A stretch of 64,000 nucleotides of DNA from an uncultured Bacteroidales bacterium (GTDB taxonomy: Bacteria; Bacteroidota; Bacteroidia; Bacteroidales; TTA-H9), in NCBI GenBank assembly GCA_964552325.1, contig CAZKHA010000002.1, positions 16,758-80,757 on the forward strand. Reading direction: 5' to 3'. Every line of letters begins with the position of its first letter. Position 1 is the first letter of the stretch. Below the pieces are notes generated by a model. That model was not told the DNA's origin. It worked only from the letters and a program-made list of their open reading frames with translations, and ran no database searches. Positions 60,579-64,000 of this stretch are shown here, in pieces. Made by a program: the position numbers and the translations under genes.

Positions 60579-63500
60579 ATGAAACACTTTTTTATCCTCG
60601 TTATAACCGTTTTTTGTTCAACTACTGTTTTTGCACAAAACACACCCAAATTCATAAACAAGGCTGATACTGCCGCACTACACAAATTGGCCTTGGAGGC
60701 CAAATCCTATTTTACCACCCAACGTAACTTAGCATTGGGGAGCGTTCAGCGCAATAAGTTGGATATTACAAAATTAGCTGACAATGGGGGTACCTTGGAA
60801 CCCGTTGGCATTGAACCTGACGGAAAACCCTTGTTTTTTGGCACATCAAATCTAAATGCAGCAAAAACCGTATCTACTGACAAAGTGTGGCCAGGAGGTT
60901 CCGCGGGATTAAGTTTAACAGGCAGTGGAATGACGATAGGCGTTTGGGATGGGGGAAAAATCCTAAGCACACACGACGAGTTTGGCGGCAGGGCCATACA
61001 AGCCGATGCCGCTGTAATAAATGGCAACTCGAATCACGCAACCCATGTTTCGGGAACCATGATAGCCGCTGGTGTAAACCCAAGCGCTAAAGGCATGGCT
61101 TATCAAGCCAATTTAAGGGCACACGATTGGGCCTTTGATGTAATGGAAATGGCCAACGAAGCTGCTGACGGCCAGATTCTTTCTAACCATTCATATAAAC
61201 ATATTTCGGGATGGGAAGGTAGGTATTGGTATGGTGATACAACTATTAGCAGGGTAAAAGATTATAAATTCGGGTTTTATGGAACCAGCACACGGCAGTT
61301 TGATTTAATCTGCAATTATGCACCTTATTATTTACCAGTGGTTGCTGCCAGCAACGACCGAAACAACACATCCACGTATCCCGGCAAACTTAACACAGGG
61401 TATTGTTGGAATGGAGTTGCTTGGGTTTATAGCAGTTCTGCACGTCCACCTGATGGGCCTTATGATTGTATCCCAACTTTTTGCACAGCAAAAAATATTC
61501 TTACGGTTGGTAATGTAAACGATATTACGGCTGGATATGCCAGCCCTGCAAACGTTGTTTTGGTTAGTTCGAGCTCATGCGGACCAACCGACGATGGACG
61601 GATTAAACCAGATATTGTTGCAAATGGACAAAGCCTACTTTCTTCTGTAAGTACAGGCGTTAGCGCTTATTCAACACTTACAGGCACCTCCATGGCTACG
61701 CCAAACACTTCAGGATCGCTGTTGTTGGTTCAGCAGCACCATCACAACTTTTATGGCCAGTATCTTAAAAGCGCAACGCTAAAAGCATTGGTTATCAACA
61801 CGGCTGATGAAGCTGGAGCTGGCAATGGCCCCGATTATCAGTTTGGCTGGGGTTTGTTAAACACCAAAAAGGCTTGTGATGCAATCACAAACAATGATAG
61901 TGTAAGCATTATTAAGGAAATAAGCCTTAAACAAGGCCAAACCTTTAGCATGGATTTTTATGCCGATGGCACCACAGCAATTAGAAGTGTGATAGCCTGG
62001 AACGACCCTGCAGCCAGTATTTCGCCTTGGGTAAACGACCCAACAACCCCCAAATTGGTGAACAACCTCAACATGGTCCTCACGAAATCAGCCGCTACTT
62101 GGAATCCGTATATTTTAAATCCTTCAAGCCCTTCAAGCATGGCTACTACTGGCAGCAACAGCCTTGATAATGTTGAACGCATAGACATTAACACGCCCGC
62201 AGCAGGAGTTTATACCCTTACGGTAACCCATTCCGGAGTCTTGCAAAACGGCGAACAAGAATTTTCGTTGGTAATTACCGGTATTAGAAATTATGCTCCC
62301 AAACAGTTTAAAGCGGTTGTGGCTTCAGAAAGCCAAATTGACCTAAGCTGGGAGCTCAACAGTAGCAAGCCCGTGATTATTGCAACAAGTCTTGATGGGG
62401 TTTTTGGCAATCCTGTTGATGGGGCTAGCTATACACCGGGCAGCACACTACCTGGCGGAGGAACAATTTTGTACATAGGTTCCGCAACCACGTTTGCACA
62501 TTCGAGCCTTACACAACACAGCACTCATTTTTACCGCATTTGGTCACAAATAAACGGTACTCCCGACTATTCCGAAGGCCTTCCTGCCAATGCCACAACG
62601 TGGTGTTCTTCAATAGCATTACCTTATACACAATCATTTGACACCACTGCCATGCCCCCATGTTGGCAAATCTTGAAATCGGGCAATGCCGAAGGCTGGA
62701 CAATTTCAAACACTAATTATGGCAATGGAACACCAACGGAGCTGTATCATACTTGGGAAGATTTGTACACAAACACCAGCGCTGGGTTAGCAACTGCTGA
62801 AAGCAGAGCCGTTTTACCCCCTGTTAATACGCTGGGTATGTCGTCCTTAACGATTACTTTCACACATTACTATAAAGACCCAACGTGGAGTAGCTATGGC
62901 ACAGCAACCATTAAGGTGCAAAGCAGTAGCGATGGCATAAACTGGACCACCGAAGGATTGAGCCATGCATCACATACAGGGAGCTTGGGCCCAGAGATAA
63001 AACAAGTGTTGATAACCAACAACCTAAACCAGCCTAAAACGTTTATTGCCTTCACTATAACTGGTGATTTATTAGACTTTTGGTATTGGGCCATTGATGA
63101 TATTTATTTGGATCAAACAATTTTTTCACCTAAGGCAGTTAGTTTAAAAGTGCTTCACGAGGGTTTGTGGAATGGCAGTGGTTTATCAAAAGCAAAGGAT
63201 GGGTCGAGCGATAAGTTTGCAGGCCTGATTTCTGATAGATTGTCCATTAATTTGCATGATGCATTAGCCTATAGCACAATACATTATTCTTTGGATAGTA
63301 TTAATCTTGCAAGCAATGGGCAGGCCATGTTTTTGGTTCCTTACAACTACAATGGCTCATATTATTTAAGCGTAAAACACCGCAATTTGGTTGAAACCGT
63401 TAGTGCTTCACCCATTTCTTTTGCAGGCACTACGGTAAGCTATGATTTTAGCACAAGTGCTTCCCAAGCCTTTGGTGGAAACCAAAAAGAAATTGCACCC

Positions 63501-63707
63501 GGCATCTTTGGTCTTTATTGTGGTGATGCCGATGGTGATGGACAAGTGGATGAGGATGACATACTTAACATATCTTCCGATGCTACGGGTTTTAATTCAG
63601 GGTATTTATCCACCGATTTAAATGGCGATGGAATAGTAGATGCTCTTGATTTGATTTTGTTGGATAACAATGCACGTAATTTGGTGGGAAGCATTACTCC
63701 GCCGTAA
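60579..63707 (+). CDS. Secreted S8 subtilase with FN3/adhesin-like domains and C-terminal dockerin-like module
   Basis: GVWDGG (Asp), HATHVSGT (His), GTSMATP (Ser), DGRIKPD; GDADGDGQVD and DLNGDGIVDALD at C-terminus. Confidence 0.88.
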   Translation: MKHFFILVITVFCSTTVFAQNTPKFINKADTAALHKLALEAKSYFTTQRNLALGSVQRNKLDITKLADNGGTLEPVGIEPDGKPLFFGTSNLNAAKTVSTDKVWPGGSAGLSLTGSGMTIGVWDGGKILSTHDEFGGRAIQADAAVINGNSNHATHVSGTMIAAGVNPSAKGMAYQANLRAHDWAFDVMEMANEAADGQILSNHSYKHISGWEGRYWYGDTTISRVKDYKFGFYGTSTRQFDLICNYAPYYLPVVAASNDRNNTSTYPGKLNTGYCWNGVAWVYSSSARPPDGPYDCIPTFCTAKNILTVGNVNDITAGYASPANVVLVSSSSCGPTDDGRIKPDIVANGQSLLSSVSTGVSAYSTLTGTSMATPNTSGSLLLVQQHHHNFYGQYLKSATLKALVINTADEAGAGNGPDYQFGWGLLNTKKACDAITNNDSVSIIKEISLKQGQTFSMDFYADGTTAIRSVIAWNDPAASISPWVNDPTTPKLVNNLNMVLTKSAATWNPYILNPSSPSSMATTGSNSLDNVERIDINTPAAGVYTLTVTHSGVLQNGEQEFSLVITGIRNYAPKQFKAVVASESQIDLSWELNSSKPVIIATSLDGVFGNPVDGASYTPGSTLPGGGTILYIGSATTFAHSSLTQHSTHFYRIWSQINGTPDYSEGLPANATTWCSSIALPYTQSFDTTAMPPCWQILKSGNAEGWTISNTNYGNGTPTELYHTWEDLYTNTSAGLATAESRAVLPPVNTLGMSSLTITFTHYYKDPTWSSYGTATIKVQSSSDGINWTTEGLSHASHTGSLGPEIKQVLITNNLNQPKTFIAFTITGDLLDFWYWAIDDIYLDQTIFSPKAVSLKVLHEGLWNGSGLSKAKDGSSDKFAGLISDRLSINLHDALAYSTIHYSLDSINLASNGQAMFLVPYNYNGSYYLSVKHRNLVETVSASPISFAGTTVSYDFSTSASQAFGGNQKEIAPGIFGLYCGDADGDGQVDEDDILNISSDATGFNSGYLSTDLNGDGIVDALDLILLDNNARNLVGSITPP

Positions 63708-63720
63708 AACTTTTTTTGGA

Positions 63721-63728
63721 TAGATTTG
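63721..63728 (+). promoter_or_regulatory. -7 element (TAGATTTG) for recO
   Basis: TAnnTTTGCA match just upstream of the recO frame. Confidence 0.55.
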
Positions 63729-63754
63729 CATTGTAAAACTTACTGGAGGCCACC

Positions 63755-64000
63755 ATCGCACCAACCCTTAAAACCCGCGCAATTGTTTTGAGCCATCTAA
63801 AATATGGTGATAATAGCATTATTGCACGTCTTTATACACGTGAGGCTGGGGTAAAATCCTTCATCGTTAAGGGTGTGCACAAATCAACCGCAAAACCTAA
63901 AATTGCTTATTTTCAGCCCTTGATGGTACTAGATATTGTTATGGAGACACCACTCCGTAGTACATTATGTTATATAAAAGATGCGGTGGTGGTTGGCGAT
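63755..64000 (+). CDS. recO: DNA repair protein RecO, 5' part (runs off window; absent from the ORF track)
   Basis: Manual translation: LKTRAIVLSHLKYGDNSIIARLYTREAGVKSFIVKGV...KIAYFQPLMVLD, the RecO N-terminal OB-fold; start codon non-canonical. Confidence 0.85.
   Translation, partial: MAPTLKTRAIVLSHLKYGDNSIIARLYTREAGVKSFIVKGVHKSTAKPKIAYFQPLMVLDIVMETPLRSTLCYIKDAVVVGD

Overview
Chromosomal core-genome segment of a Bacteroidota bacterium, most likely an anaerobic Bacteroidales relative. Evidence: TAnnTTTG promoters, split atpD-atpC, ileS-DksA-like-lspA and coaX-OMP-TPR-lptC-HlyC-PPIase synteny, and T9SS-type cargo. About 38 CDS and 2 tRNAs (Phe-GAA, Thr-CGT). I saw no CRISPR array, integrase or transposase. 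The window looks replication-origin proximal: there is a parS cluster around mnmG (7.1-11.6 kb) and a dense DnaA-box/DnaA-trio/AT-rich oriC candidate between nadA and rpiB (55.9-56.4 kb), with no dnaA nearby. Most notable items: (1) a secreted enzyme with all recognisable motifs of the Porphyromonas peptidylarginine deiminase PPAD; (2) a receptor-less CheR/CheB methylation system attached to three hybrid histidine kinases (MAC2-like) with a duplicated QQEELR coiled-coil; (3) the oriC candidate; (4) a recO gene with no canonical start codon; (5) a degenerate RsbW-like pseudo-kinase in the ybeY-mnmG operon; (6) a subtilase ending in a dockerin-like module rather than a T9SS CTD. All assignments come from reading motifs by eye; no searches were run.
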